From a virus (lineage: Duplodnaviria; Caudoviricetes), in the IMG/VR virus record IMGVR_UViG_3300023174_007841, positions 1 through 61,323 of that record: a stretch of 61,323 nt of DNA; one strand, 5' to 3'. The number at the start of each line of letters is the position of its first letter. Position 1 is the stretch's first letter. Under the pieces are notes generated by a model that saw only the letters and a list, made by a program, of their open reading frames with translations, was not told the DNA's origin and did no database searches. Position numbers and translations under genes: made by a program. Positions 38,257 to 46,998 of this stretch are shown here, in pieces.

Positions 38257-38964
38257 ATGGGCTGGTTAGATAATTCAACGAACAACATTATATTAGACGC
38301 CGTGTTAACGGATTTCGGTCGTCAAGCGTTAGCAAGAAACGACGGTTCTTTTAGAGTCGCAAAGTTTTCCTTGGGCGATGACGAAATCAACTATGGCGTT
38401 ATTACCAAATATGGTAGAACTGTCGGAAGAGAAAAAATCGAAAAAAATACACCGATCTTCGAAGCCTTCACCAACCAAAACTTGGGTCTTAAGTATAGAA
38501 TGATCAGCGCCCCAAGGCCTTTTGTTTACTTACCAAGGTTGACGTTGGTTCCAACAGCTCAAACGTCAATATCGTTGGCTACTAGCGGAGATAATGTTAC
38601 TGCTTCAATCAAAATTGAACAACAGCCACAAGGCGGTGAAACCACGATCGATGCAGACATAATCGAAACTAATTTTGATGTGTATGTACCTGATCTATTT
38701 TTGACGATAATGAATCAATCCGCAGTAGGATCCCCCGACTCAAATAAGATAGCAAAATATGTTATTAGAACGACAAACGGTGGAACAGTCCCCACGTTGG
38801 AATTCATTCTTAAGGTTAAACCATTAACGTCTACAATTTTTACTACCTACGGTAGAGTCACCACTGGCTCCACGCGAGAAATAACAACGTCAGTCAAGAT
38901 AGTCGGTAGAAGTTCTGGCGCAGTGGTAGAATTACCCGTCACTATTGCTTCTACTATGCGCTGA
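38257..38964 (+). CDS. Probable tail/baseplate protein
   Basis: GGAGG SD. The N-terminal LTDFGRQALA...FSLGDDE resembles the first half of phage tail-fibre/baseplate attachment domains. Confidence 0.6.
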   Translation: MGWLDNSTNNIILDAVLTDFGRQALARNDGSFRVAKFSLGDDEINYGVITKYGRTVGREKIEKNTPIFEAFTNQNLGLKYRMISAPRPFVYLPRLTLVPTAQTSISLATSGDNVTASIKIEQQPQGGETTIDADIIETNFDVYVPDLFLTIMNQSAVGSPDSNKIAKYVIRTTNGGTVPTLEFILKVKPLTSTIFTTYGRVTTGSTREITTSVKIVGRSSGAVVELPVTIASTMR

Positions 38965-38993
38965 TGTAAGATGTAAACTATAAGGAAACCAAG

Positions 38994-40289
38994 ATGGCGA
39001 CATTTCACGAATTAGCACCCGGCGACATAAAAACCGCAAGATCGTTTTTAAATCAACTTATTGATGTTCTGCAAGAAGACATCAGCGGTTCTACGTCTAG
39101 AAGAAAATATCAACATTTCGTGACGGGTGGCGTTGGTCCAGGCGTGACTTCTTCGTTATTCCAAACCGTATACGATCAAGACTTTACTTTACAAACAGCC
39201 AACGCGGTGTTCGATATAACGATGGGTCTTGCTCCCGAAGGATCTCTTACAACGGGCATCGCTGCTACGACGAAAACAGAAACAGACGCTGCGGGAAAAA
39301 CCTTATACCCCAGCAGCTCTTTAATGATGCGCGAAAAGGTTGATATTTATCGACAATTTGCGCAAACGCTTTTAGGAAGTGGAGATTCCTTATTTAGGGT
39401 TCCCCTTGAAGGAACTAATGCGACCACAGTAGACTCAGCCATGTTCATCGCGTTTAAAAGATTGTTCTCGAGAGATCAAATTAAGCGTGAAACCTTTGCG
39501 ATGAGATTTTATCAAACTGCGTCGGCAGTTTCTAAAAACTTTAACGGTGGCAATATTGATATGCCTCCGAACGCCGACGCTAGCGGTCAAACTAACCTGA
39601 ACGTTACTTCTTTGTCTGGCTCTACTATTTTTACAGATTTAGGAGCCTCTACTCAGAAATTTAACGCCGCGGGTGGACAATATGGAATCATCGTCGATTC
39701 TGCACAGACTTCTCGTCAGGTTGGATTGATGTTTTATGACGCTGGAATTGCCGTACTCGATCTTGCGCAGGTTACTTCAGGCAGTCAATTCATGTCGGGC
39801 ACTATCGATGCGATGCATCCATTGGGGTCTTTGACACTTGGTGGTGTCGCCACAGAAACGCAAAAAACCGCTAAGTTTATTCCCGATTTCATTACGTCAG
39901 GTAGCATCGATAACATCATCGATCACTTGTGTAGCACAAGATTCCAATCAGGGTCTTTAACAGCGATTACTTTTCAAAACGTAACGAATATTAACTCTTC
40001 TCTAATATTCTGTCGAGCGCCCGCCGACGAATTTAACTATTCTTCCAATCCTACATTCGTCGATACGTCTAACAACTCTAGAGGTAGGATCGTCGTTATA
40101 GATCCAGGCGAAGAGGACAAACAAGAATCTTTTACTTTCGTTACAGGAATCGGTATGTATGACGCTGCGGGTAACTTATTAGCCGTCGCGAAGCTTAGCA
40201 GGCCGGTCGAAAAGAGTCCGGAGCGGGACTTAACATTTAGAGTTCGATTAGACTTTGCGAAAAAGAAGTCAAGAAGTTACACAAAGTAA
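38994..40289 (+). CDS. Probable tail/baseplate protein; C-terminus paralogous to the 41933 product
   Basis: NYSSNPTF...VTGIGMYDAAGNLLAVAKLSRPVEK...FRVRLDF, followed by a 10-aa extension at the cassette junction. Confidence 0.65.
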   Translation: MATFHELAPGDIKTARSFLNQLIDVLQEDISGSTSRRKYQHFVTGGVGPGVTSSLFQTVYDQDFTLQTANAVFDITMGLAPEGSLTTGIAATTKTETDAAGKTLYPSSSLMMREKVDIYRQFAQTLLGSGDSLFRVPLEGTNATTVDSAMFIAFKRLFSRDQIKRETFAMRFYQTASAVSKNFNGGNIDMPPNADASGQTNLNVTSLSGSTIFTDLGASTQKFNAAGGQYGIIVDSAQTSRQVGLMFYDAGIAVLDLAQVTSGSQFMSGTIDAMHPLGSLTLGGVATETQKTAKFIPDFITSGSIDNIIDHLCSTRFQSGSLTAITFQNVTNINSSLIFCRAPADEFNYSSNPTFVDTSNNSRGRIVVIDPGEEDKQESFTFVTGIGMYDAAGNLLAVAKLSRPVEKSPERDLTFRVRLDFAKKKSRSYTK

Positions 40290-40309
40290 TATCACGTTAT
40301 AGTTATAGC

Positions 40310-41428
40310 TTGATGAAACAATCAAGCTATAATTGTAAGAATTGCAAAATTGATTTTCTTTCAGTAAAGAAAAAAACGTTTTGTTGTAAGGAATGTTATT
40401 TCTTGTCTAGAAAGAAAATAGTAACGAATATCTGCGTTGTTTGTAACAAACAATTTGTTGTTCCTTACAGATTTAGAGAAAAAAAGACATGCAACCAAGA
40501 TTGCATGAAAATTTCAATTTCAAAATCTTTAACGAGCAGCATTACAAAGCAATGCCTAAATTGCAGTAAAGCTTTTGAAGCAACTAAGTCTTATGAAAAA
40601 AAAGCGAAGTACTGCTCTTCTGATTGCTTTTATCATCATAAATACGAAAGAGATTCTAAGATAATATCAAAAATCTGCGAAGGTTGTGGAAAAGAATTTC
40701 AAAAAGATTTTATAAAAAGGCACGTTAGATTCTGCTCAAAAAACTGTGCTTTTTCAGGGTCTAGAAACCCTATGTATGGTAAAGAAAATGGGATGTGTGG
40801 TAAGAAAGCTTGGAATAATGGTCTTACAACTAAGACAGACGAGAGGCTTTTAAACGCAGGAAGAAAAATTTCAAAAATTCAAAAAAGACAATTTGAGTCA
40901 GGAATGCGTTCCAATTATGGAAAAAAAAATCCGATGTTCGGAAAAACAAAAGATTTAATGACGCAAGAACAAAGAGAAAAATATTCAAAAGCAGCAATTG
41001 AAAGAGTTATAAGCGGAGTTTCTGGATACAAAACAGGACATTTAAACGGAACGTATGATTGTAAAAAATCATCTTCTGTTAAATTTAAGTCTTCTTGGGA
41101 ACTTGCTGCAATGATGTGGTGGGATGATTGCGAAGAAGTAGTATCATATCAATATGAGCCAGAGATCGTTAGATTAAAAGATGGTAGAAGAGCAATACCA
41201 GATTTCAAAGTAGAGTATGTTAATGGCGCTGTTAAGATATTTGAAATTAAGCCAACACAAATTCAACAATTAGAATCAATGAAAGAAAAGTTGAATCTAG
41301 TAAAAGAAGCCTTAAATTCTTTTGGAATAAGTTATGAACTTTTGGGTGATAAAGAAATTAAATTAATGATAAAAGATCTAGGAGAAAATTTTAAAAATGA
41401 AATCGAGCGCTATAAAAGTGGGAAATAG
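40310..41428 (+). CDS. Putative homing endonuclease: repeated Zn-ribbon units + NUMOD3-like motifs + TnsA-like PD-(D/E)XK domain
   Basis: Four CxxC...C[CNS]xxC units; NPMYGK and NPMFGK; SSWE, YQYEP, IPDFKVEY, IFEIKP. Confidence 0.8.
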   Translation: MMKQSSYNCKNCKIDFLSVKKKTFCCKECYFLSRKKIVTNICVVCNKQFVVPYRFREKKTCNQDCMKISISKSLTSSITKQCLNCSKAFEATKSYEKKAKYCSSDCFYHHKYERDSKIISKICEGCGKEFQKDFIKRHVRFCSKNCAFSGSRNPMYGKENGMCGKKAWNNGLTTKTDERLLNAGRKISKIQKRQFESGMRSNYGKKNPMFGKTKDLMTQEQREKYSKAAIERVISGVSGYKTGHLNGTYDCKKSSSVKFKSSWELAAMMWWDDCEEVVSYQYEPEIVRLKDGRRAIPDFKVEYVNGAVKIFEIKPTQIQQLESMKEKLNLVKEALNSFGISYELLGDKEIKLMIKDLGENFKNEIERYKSGK

Positions 41429-41726
41429 AGTTTATTCGATAGCATCAGTAGATGATGCTATTTTTGATTTAGTTCTTTCGCAAAAAGGCGTACAAGACCC
41501 AGAAATAAAAAGTTTTATTGATTATGATGATCAACTAATTTTAGTTAGAGATAGACTACAAAGCGATCACAAAAAAGAGCTATTACTACATGAGCTTCTT
41601 CATTCATGTATGGAAGATTCGGGAATGGTTCAAGACGAATTTGTTGAAAACTTTATTAAGGTTTTATCTCCAAGATTAATTGGAATTGTTGAAGAATTAC
41701 CTTTAGTGTTTTCAGAAGCAGTTTAG
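41397..41726 (+). CDS. Small HExxH metallopeptidase-like phage protein
   Basis: IDYDDQLILV...ELLLHELLHSC. Confidence 0.65.
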   Translation: MKSSAIKVGNRVYSIASVDDAIFDLVLSQKGVQDPEIKSFIDYDDQLILVRDRLQSDHKKELLLHELLHSCMEDSGMVQDEFVENFIKVLSPRLIGIVEELPLVFSEAV

Positions 41727-41769
41727 ATGTCATTGTCTTTTTAGTGATGTATAATTACTTGGGAATTAA

Positions 41770-41958
41770 ATGTCTATATTTAAGGTCAATCAGACTGATT
41801 TTCAAAGTGTAACAATCGCGACGAAGCCGTCGAGACATTATTATTCTAGTTCCAGCGGCGTAACGGGATCAGTCTTTGTTTTTGCTAGAAGATCTGATAT
41901 AGAAAAAGAAGTAGAAAAGTTGAGAATAATAAATGGCTATTTTGCCTGTCACATCTGA
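41770..41958 (+). pseudogene. Truncated, diverged copy of the 5' end of the downstream 834-aa gene
   Basis: MSIFKVNQTDFQSVTIATKPSRHYYSSS-SGVTGSVFVFARRSDIEKEV aligns with MAILPVTSDDVEFFTTIINPKRAYVSSSISGVTGSVNVFARFSKIEKEV, then runs out of frame. Confidence 0.8.
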
Positions 41959-44437
41959 TGATGTAGAATTTTTTACGACTATCATCAATCCCAAACGTGC
42001 GTACGTTTCGTCTAGCATTTCGGGAGTGACGGGCTCCGTCAACGTTTTTGCTCGTTTTTCTAAAATAGAAAAAGAAGTTAGGCCTTTGTCTAATTTTTCT
42101 TTTTCTACAGTTAACGACGAGGATATAGAACTATATCGACAAGCTATTTTGTCGGTCGCGAGGCAGACTCCTGTAAGCGGTTCTTTTTTTACGAACATCG
42201 AAGATTACTTAGACGAAGTAAATCAACAGCCTTCTTCTGTAAAGAAACAAAAAAGCTTAGACATAATTCGATTTACTCCAAGCGTTTCTTTCACTTCGAA
42301 TACGGTAAAAAAGCTAAACGTGAAAGAGATGTTAATGCCCTATTATCGCATGTCTTATCCGACTGCACAATGGGCGTATACCAACTATCATAGTTTAAAT
42401 TTTTTCTCTACTCAGACAGTTCCGACGTCTTCGGTTCTTTTATATCCGAGTTTAGAGAACGCTGATCTACCCGAACAAGTCGGATACGTGAGCGGTACCT
42501 ATGCTTTGTCCGGAGCCTTTTCTTTTGATTTTCACATAAATCCGCGGTACAAAAAAGACGAAATAACACAGGGACACTTCAAGGCAGGAACGATATTTCA
42601 CTTATCTTCTAGTTATGCCCTCTCGCTAGTTACAGGTTCGACGAAGGACGAAAATGGTTTACCTGCTTACTTCAGGTTGATGTTACAGTTGAGTCATAGC
42701 GCCGACGTCGCGCCGTCTCGAGTAGTTCCAGGAACTTATCCAAATGATTTGGTGTTTTTATCAGAAGACAATTGTCTAGAATGGAATAAGTGGCACCGCG
42801 TAGTCGTACGTTGGGGTACAAATTTAATCAATGATGGAACTGGATCCTTCAACATTAACGGAACGGATAGAGGCGTTTTCGTTATACCATCGGGCACAAT
42901 CATGCCGAAGGTTTATTCTTCTAAGGATGACCCCAACGTTCTTTGTTTAGGCAATTTTTATGAAGGTATAAATTCGGGCGACGAAAGTCAAGCCTACTTT
43001 TTTAGTGACATATCTTCGACGAGAGAAGGTCTTGAACAACTTGTAGATAGTGGCGGCTCACTCGATCAACCCGATTATTATAGATTTGATCATCCCCTAA
43101 AAGCAGAATTACACTCCGTGATGATTCGCAGAGATTATTTAAATGATCGCCAAATTTTAGAATCATCTGCCAGTAATCCGGGTGTTATAGACCCCAAAAA
43201 GATAGCTTTTTACGTTCCGCCTTTTTTTATAGAAAACACCAATATTCGTAGATATACCAACGCACCTTCGTTAGGCGGTAAAGCCTATGGCGGAATCTTA
43301 CAAACTCCATTTTTTGAAATAGACGGCTCTACTGACGATCCATTTAATGTCGCTATGGCGTTTGGCGTTAACGGTCATTATGTCAATTTAGAAAATTTCA
43401 CAAAAGATTTTGCGAACAACGTTTTCCCAAGATTGCATCATTTATCGGGCACTGCTTTAGATTACACGACAGTGGCTGTGCCGGCTAACGAATTCTTGTA
43501 TGGGGATTCTTTCGTTAGAAAAAGAAATTTGACAGTTCTACCTTGCGACGATGGAACCTTTCATCCCAATTATCAAATTATTAAAAACGAAATTAACAAT
43601 AAGGCCCTCGACGCCTGGGGCAGAGTCGACCTAAGCATAATTAATCTTGATAATTTATTAAGTACCGCGTCGTTACTTTTCGGTAAGACTCACGACGTTG
43701 AATATGACCCGACGTTGTCGGATCAACAAATAGGATATACGCCAGAAAATCCTGGATATTCTCCAGGATCTGCAGTCTTTAATGCCAAACAAAAGATAGA
43801 AGGAATAATAGCAACCGACGAGGGTAGCTATGGTCCTGGCGTTCAAAGAGATGTTCCTTTGACGATTTTTCAAAGACTAAAAGATCCATCGTCTAACCAG
43901 GTTACTTTTTTCGAAATAAGCAACTTATTCTACGGCGGTAGAATTATGCCTGGTAGTTTTGAAATTATTGATGCTTCATTGTCGGGCTCAAATGGCGCAA
44001 TCTCTATCAAACTAAAAGATGACGGATTTGGCAACATTTATCGTGCCGATTCTTTGACACCACACTGCACGTGGAATTCTGTCGGTAATATCTTTTACGA
44101 CGAAGGAATCGTTTTAATCAAAAGTCCACACCTGTATTTCTTCGGCAAGGAAGCTTATAACATGTCGTTCCGCGGCGAGCAAAAATTGTTTACTTCCAAA
44201 TATGAAATACTAGCTCCTAGAGGATTTTTAAATTCATCTTCTAATCCTTCTTACATAGCTACCGAAAATTCCATTAGCGCTTCCTTGGACTTGAATGACA
44301 AAGAAAAATTTGTTTATATCTCTGGCGTAAATTTTCATGATGAAAACTTAAACGTCGTGGCGAAAGCGTCTTTAGCACAGCCTGTCATGAAACGTGAAGG
44401 CGAGCGAATTTTATTTAAGATAACTTTTGATTTCTAG
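41933..44437 (+). CDS. Probable tail/baseplate protein with a LamG/concanavalin-like domain
   Basis: FSFDFHINP...GTIFH...WHRVVVRW...FNING. C-terminal NSSSNPS...ISGVNFHDENLNVVAKASLAQPVMK...FKITFDF. Confidence 0.65.
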   Translation: MAILPVTSDDVEFFTTIINPKRAYVSSSISGVTGSVNVFARFSKIEKEVRPLSNFSFSTVNDEDIELYRQAILSVARQTPVSGSFFTNIEDYLDEVNQQPSSVKKQKSLDIIRFTPSVSFTSNTVKKLNVKEMLMPYYRMSYPTAQWAYTNYHSLNFFSTQTVPTSSVLLYPSLENADLPEQVGYVSGTYALSGAFSFDFHINPRYKKDEITQGHFKAGTIFHLSSSYALSLVTGSTKDENGLPAYFRLMLQLSHSADVAPSRVVPGTYPNDLVFLSEDNCLEWNKWHRVVVRWGTNLINDGTGSFNINGTDRGVFVIPSGTIMPKVYSSKDDPNVLCLGNFYEGINSGDESQAYFFSDISSTREGLEQLVDSGGSLDQPDYYRFDHPLKAELHSVMIRRDYLNDRQILESSASNPGVIDPKKIAFYVPPFFIENTNIRRYTNAPSLGGKAYGGILQTPFFEIDGSTDDPFNVAMAFGVNGHYVNLENFTKDFANNVFPRLHHLSGTALDYTTVAVPANEFLYGDSFVRKRNLTVLPCDDGTFHPNYQIIKNEINNKALDAWGRVDLSIINLDNLLSTASLLFGKTHDVEYDPTLSDQQIGYTPENPGYSPGSAVFNAKQKIEGIIATDEGSYGPGVQRDVPLTIFQRLKDPSSNQVTFFEISNLFYGGRIMPGSFEIIDASLSGSNGAISIKLKDDGFGNIYRADSLTPHCTWNSVGNIFYDEGIVLIKSPHLYFFGKEAYNMSFRGEQKLFTSKYEILAPRGFLNSSSNPSYIATENSISASLDLNDKEKFVYISGVNFHDENLNVVAKASLAQPVMKREGERILFKITFDF

Positions 44438-44498
44438 GTTTAACTAATTCAAGCGGATTACTTGAGCAGAGCTCGTGTCTAGAGGAATACTTCAGATC

Positions 44499-44900
44499 AT
44501 GGCCACTACGAAAAAGCGCAAGAGAAAACGTAAGAGTCACTATCACAGAGGAACTCATACGTCTCCGATCGCGGGCGAGTGCAAGTATCGCTCGGGATGG
44601 GAACAAAAATACATGGTTCATCTGGACGAAAATTTCGAAGTCGCCAAGTGGTCCTACGAAAAGCTCGTGATCGAATACGTTTCCAACCAGAAGACGAAGA
44701 AGGTCCGCAAGTACTATCCAGATTTTCAGATTGAATACAAGGATGGTCGCAAAGTCGTGGTGGAAATCAAACCATCTCGAAAATTAGGACAAGCTACTGT
44801 CGTTAAAAAAATTCGAGCCGCCATGCTGTGGTGTACAGAACACGACATGACCTATAAAGTATTGACAGAAATAGAATTAAAAGATATGGGTCTTATTTAA
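44499..44900 (+). CDS. TnsA-N/T4 gp4-like head-completion endonuclease
   Basis: YRSGWE, WSYE...IEY, YYPDF, VVEIKP, AA..WC...YKVLTE.EL. Confidence 0.82.
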   Translation: MATTKKRKRKRKSHYHRGTHTSPIAGECKYRSGWEQKYMVHLDENFEVAKWSYEKLVIEYVSNQKTKKVRKYYPDFQIEYKDGRKVVVEIKPSRKLGQATVVKKIRAAMLWCTEHDMTYKVLTEIELKDMGLI

Positions 44901-44943
44901 CAAGATTTTACTTTAGATCAAATCTGCTTTAAGAATCTGGCTT

Positions 44944-45510
44944 GTGGTTAATCTGATCCTCGGTCTGGACGTTTCGACGTCAGTTACTGGTGTATGTATC
45001 ATCGATCCCAAGATTCCGCTAGAAGACCGAGGATCCCACATTTTACGCTTAGATCGCGTAGAATTTAAAAAATGTAAGACGCTGTGGGAAAAAGCTGATC
45101 TTATTGCCACGGAATTATCTGAGCTTTTGAAAAAGTTTCCTGGTGAATATCGAGTCGTACTAGAAGAACCGCTCTTAGGATTCAGGACAGGTATGTCTTC
45201 TGCGGCGACCATTACAACTCTCATGAAATTCAACGGTGTAGTATCATACATCTCTAGAGAAATATTCAAAGTTGATCCAGAATATATCTCAGCATCCCAT
45301 GCTAGAAAACTTTGTGGAATTAAAATACAGAGAACCTCAATAGCCGGGATGAGCGGAAAAGAGCAGGTCTTCAACTACATGACAGAACACGATCTCAAAC
45401 ACGTCCATTGGCCCCTAAAAAAGAATGGTAAGCCTATTGATGCTTCTCGCGACATGTGTGATTCCTATGTGATTGCCCGGGCTGCTTGTTTAACTCAAAA
45501 TAATATTTAA
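44944..45510 (+). CDS. RuvC-like Holliday junction resolvase
   Basis: ILGLDVSTSVTG, VVLEEP, ARK, KEQV, DMCDSYVIA. Confidence 0.85.
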   Translation: MVNLILGLDVSTSVTGVCIIDPKIPLEDRGSHILRLDRVEFKKCKTLWEKADLIATELSELLKKFPGEYRVVLEEPLLGFRTGMSSAATITTLMKFNGVVSYISREIFKVDPEYISASHARKLCGIKIQRTSIAGMSGKEQVFNYMTEHDLKHVHWPLKKNGKPIDASRDMCDSYVIARAACLTQNNI

Positions 45511-45574
45511 TATTCACTATTTACTATTTGCCGATATATATAGTTTAACCATCTATGCATGAAAGATAATACGC

Positions 45575-45907
45575 ATGAAAATTACAATCAATCAGCTCCG
45601 CAGAATTATCAAAGAAGAAGTCGAGAATGTCATGCAGGGTTCATCTCCTGTAACGATTGAGGTCGATTACGGTGAGTTCCCAGGTCAACCAAAGATGGGT
45701 GACGTTACCAATATTATCTTAAAACAACAAAGATCCTATGGTATACCTGCAATAGGCTTAACCAAAGCTGTAGTTGTCGAGGAGATGGGCACGGGCGGCG
45801 ATAATCCCATCGTTCAGCTTACGTTTGATTCGATGGACAACGCTGCAGCCTGGTGGGAAGCTTCTGGATACGCAGACATGGATGATATCGAAAACGCTAT
45901 TGTCTAA
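45575..45907 (+). CDS. Hypothetical protein with the LRxIIxEE N-terminal leader
   Basis: MKITINQLRRIIKEEV. Has its own upstream AT motif and a downstream terminator. Confidence 0.75.
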   Translation: MKITINQLRRIIKEEVENVMQGSSPVTIEVDYGEFPGQPKMGDVTNIILKQQRSYGIPAIGLTKAVVVEEMGTGGDNPIVQLTFDSMDNAAAWWEASGYADMDDIENAIV

Positions 45908-45937
45908 GATATCTGAGTTACTCGATCCTCCGATCAA

Positions 45938-45964
45938 AAACGCCTCCACTTCGGAGGCGTTTCT
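45938..45964 (+). terminator. Intrinsic terminator
   Basis: AAACGCCTCC-ACTTC-GGAGGCGTTT, a 10-bp stem 30 nt after the 45907 stop, with A and T tracts on its flanks. Confidence 0.8.
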
Positions 45965-45969
45965 CATTT

Positions 45970-46005
45970 GTGAACAGTTGAACGCGTGTGTGGTACGGTT
46001 GTACC
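45970..46005 (+). promoter_or_regulatory. Putative promoter giving a leaderless transcript for primase
   Basis: GTGAAC-N18-TACGGT-N6-GTG. Confidence 0.45.
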
Positions 46006-46986
46006 GTGGCGTTACATAGTGTCTCTGATAAAGTTTCTTTTTTTGAATCCATTTTTGGCAGAGGAAGGTTGTCTGCCAACGGAATCAACTTTGATGTCAG
46101 GTGTCCGATCTGCGCCCCGACAGATCCGACTAAAAAGAAGTTGGCCATCCGTACAACAGATGACGCAAATCACTGTTGGGCATGTGGATGGAAGGCCAGA
46201 AGCCTTGCTCCTTTAATTCGTAAATATGGAACGCAGGAACACCTTAATTTATATCGGGAATTAACTGGACAAGGCGGCAAGTCGGATCTAGTGACCGCTG
46301 ATGTCGATAACGTCCAGAAGATAGAGTTACCTAAGGATTTCAGGTTGTTGACCCTGGCAAACGAGATGGACCCTGATGTCAAGGCTGCTTGGAGATATGT
46401 CTATTCTCGAGGATTGTCCGATAGAGATGCCTGGTATTTTAAGTTTGGAATTTCCGATGAACCTCGCTGGAAACGTCGAGTCATAATGCCGTCCTTCGAT
46501 TGCAACGGAGAATTGAACTACTTTGCTGCTCGAGCGGTTGACAATGGTCGCAAACCCAAATACGATAATCCCGATGTCGACAAAAATCCCGTCGTCTTTA
46601 ACGAGATTAACATAGATTGGTCGAAGAGATTAGTGCTATGCGAGGGACCATTCGATCTTGTCAAGTGTCCCGAAAATTCAACAGCATTATTAGGTTCGGA
46701 TCTCGATGAACGCCACGAAGTTCTTAACAAGATTCTCTTATATAATACACCGGTAGCTCTTGCTCTAGATGGCGACATGTGGTACAAGAAGACGCCTAAG
46801 ATAGTTAAGAAACTTCAAGAATATAACGTCGACGTCCTCGTTGTTGATGTTAGACCGTGGGGAGATCCAGGTAGCATGTCCAAAGCAGAATTTGAAAAAG
46901 CTTTGTCTGAAGCTATTGTCTTTGACTGGGGCGATAGGTTTTCTAATAAATTAGAAAAAGCAATGACGACTAGCTTTAGAATCTAA
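46006..46986 (+). CDS. DNA primase (Zn-binding domain + TOPRIM)
   Basis: CPIC...HCWAC, YVYSRG, RVIMP, YFAAR, KYDNP, LCEGPFD, ALDGD, DPG. Start placed at GTG 46006. Confidence 0.9.
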   Translation: MALHSVSDKVSFFESIFGRGRLSANGINFDVRCPICAPTDPTKKKLAIRTTDDANHCWACGWKARSLAPLIRKYGTQEHLNLYRELTGQGGKSDLVTADVDNVQKIELPKDFRLLTLANEMDPDVKAAWRYVYSRGLSDRDAWYFKFGISDEPRWKRRVIMPSFDCNGELNYFAARAVDNGRKPKYDNPDVDKNPVVFNEINIDWSKRLVLCEGPFDLVKCPENSTALLGSDLDERHEVLNKILLYNTPVALALDGDMWYKKTPKIVKKLQEYNVDVLVVDVRPWGDPGSMSKAEFEKALSEAIVFDWGDRFSNKLEKAMTTSFRI

Positions 46987-46998
46987 TAATTAAAATCG

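Larger units (their letters stand above)
40257..41911 (+). mobile_element. Inferred homing-endonuclease cassette (endonuclease + HExxH ORF + foreign 5' gene fragment)
   Basis: Interrupts two consecutive structural genes and is visibly AT-richer and CpG-poorer than its flanks. GAAAAAGAAGT occurs at 40259-40269 and 41902-41912. Ends are inferred. Confidence 0.6.

Noticed and set aside
40257-41911. Group I intron (exon ends in U, insert ends in G, removal restores a TAG stop)
   Set aside because: The insert is almost fully occupied by ORFs and I see no room or sequence for a P3-P7 catalytic core. A DNA-level cassette fits better. A covariance-model search would settle it.
44499-44900. TnsA as part of a Tn7-like transposon
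   Set aside because: No TnsB/TnsC or terminal repeats. Size and motifs fit a gp4-like head-completion nuclease.
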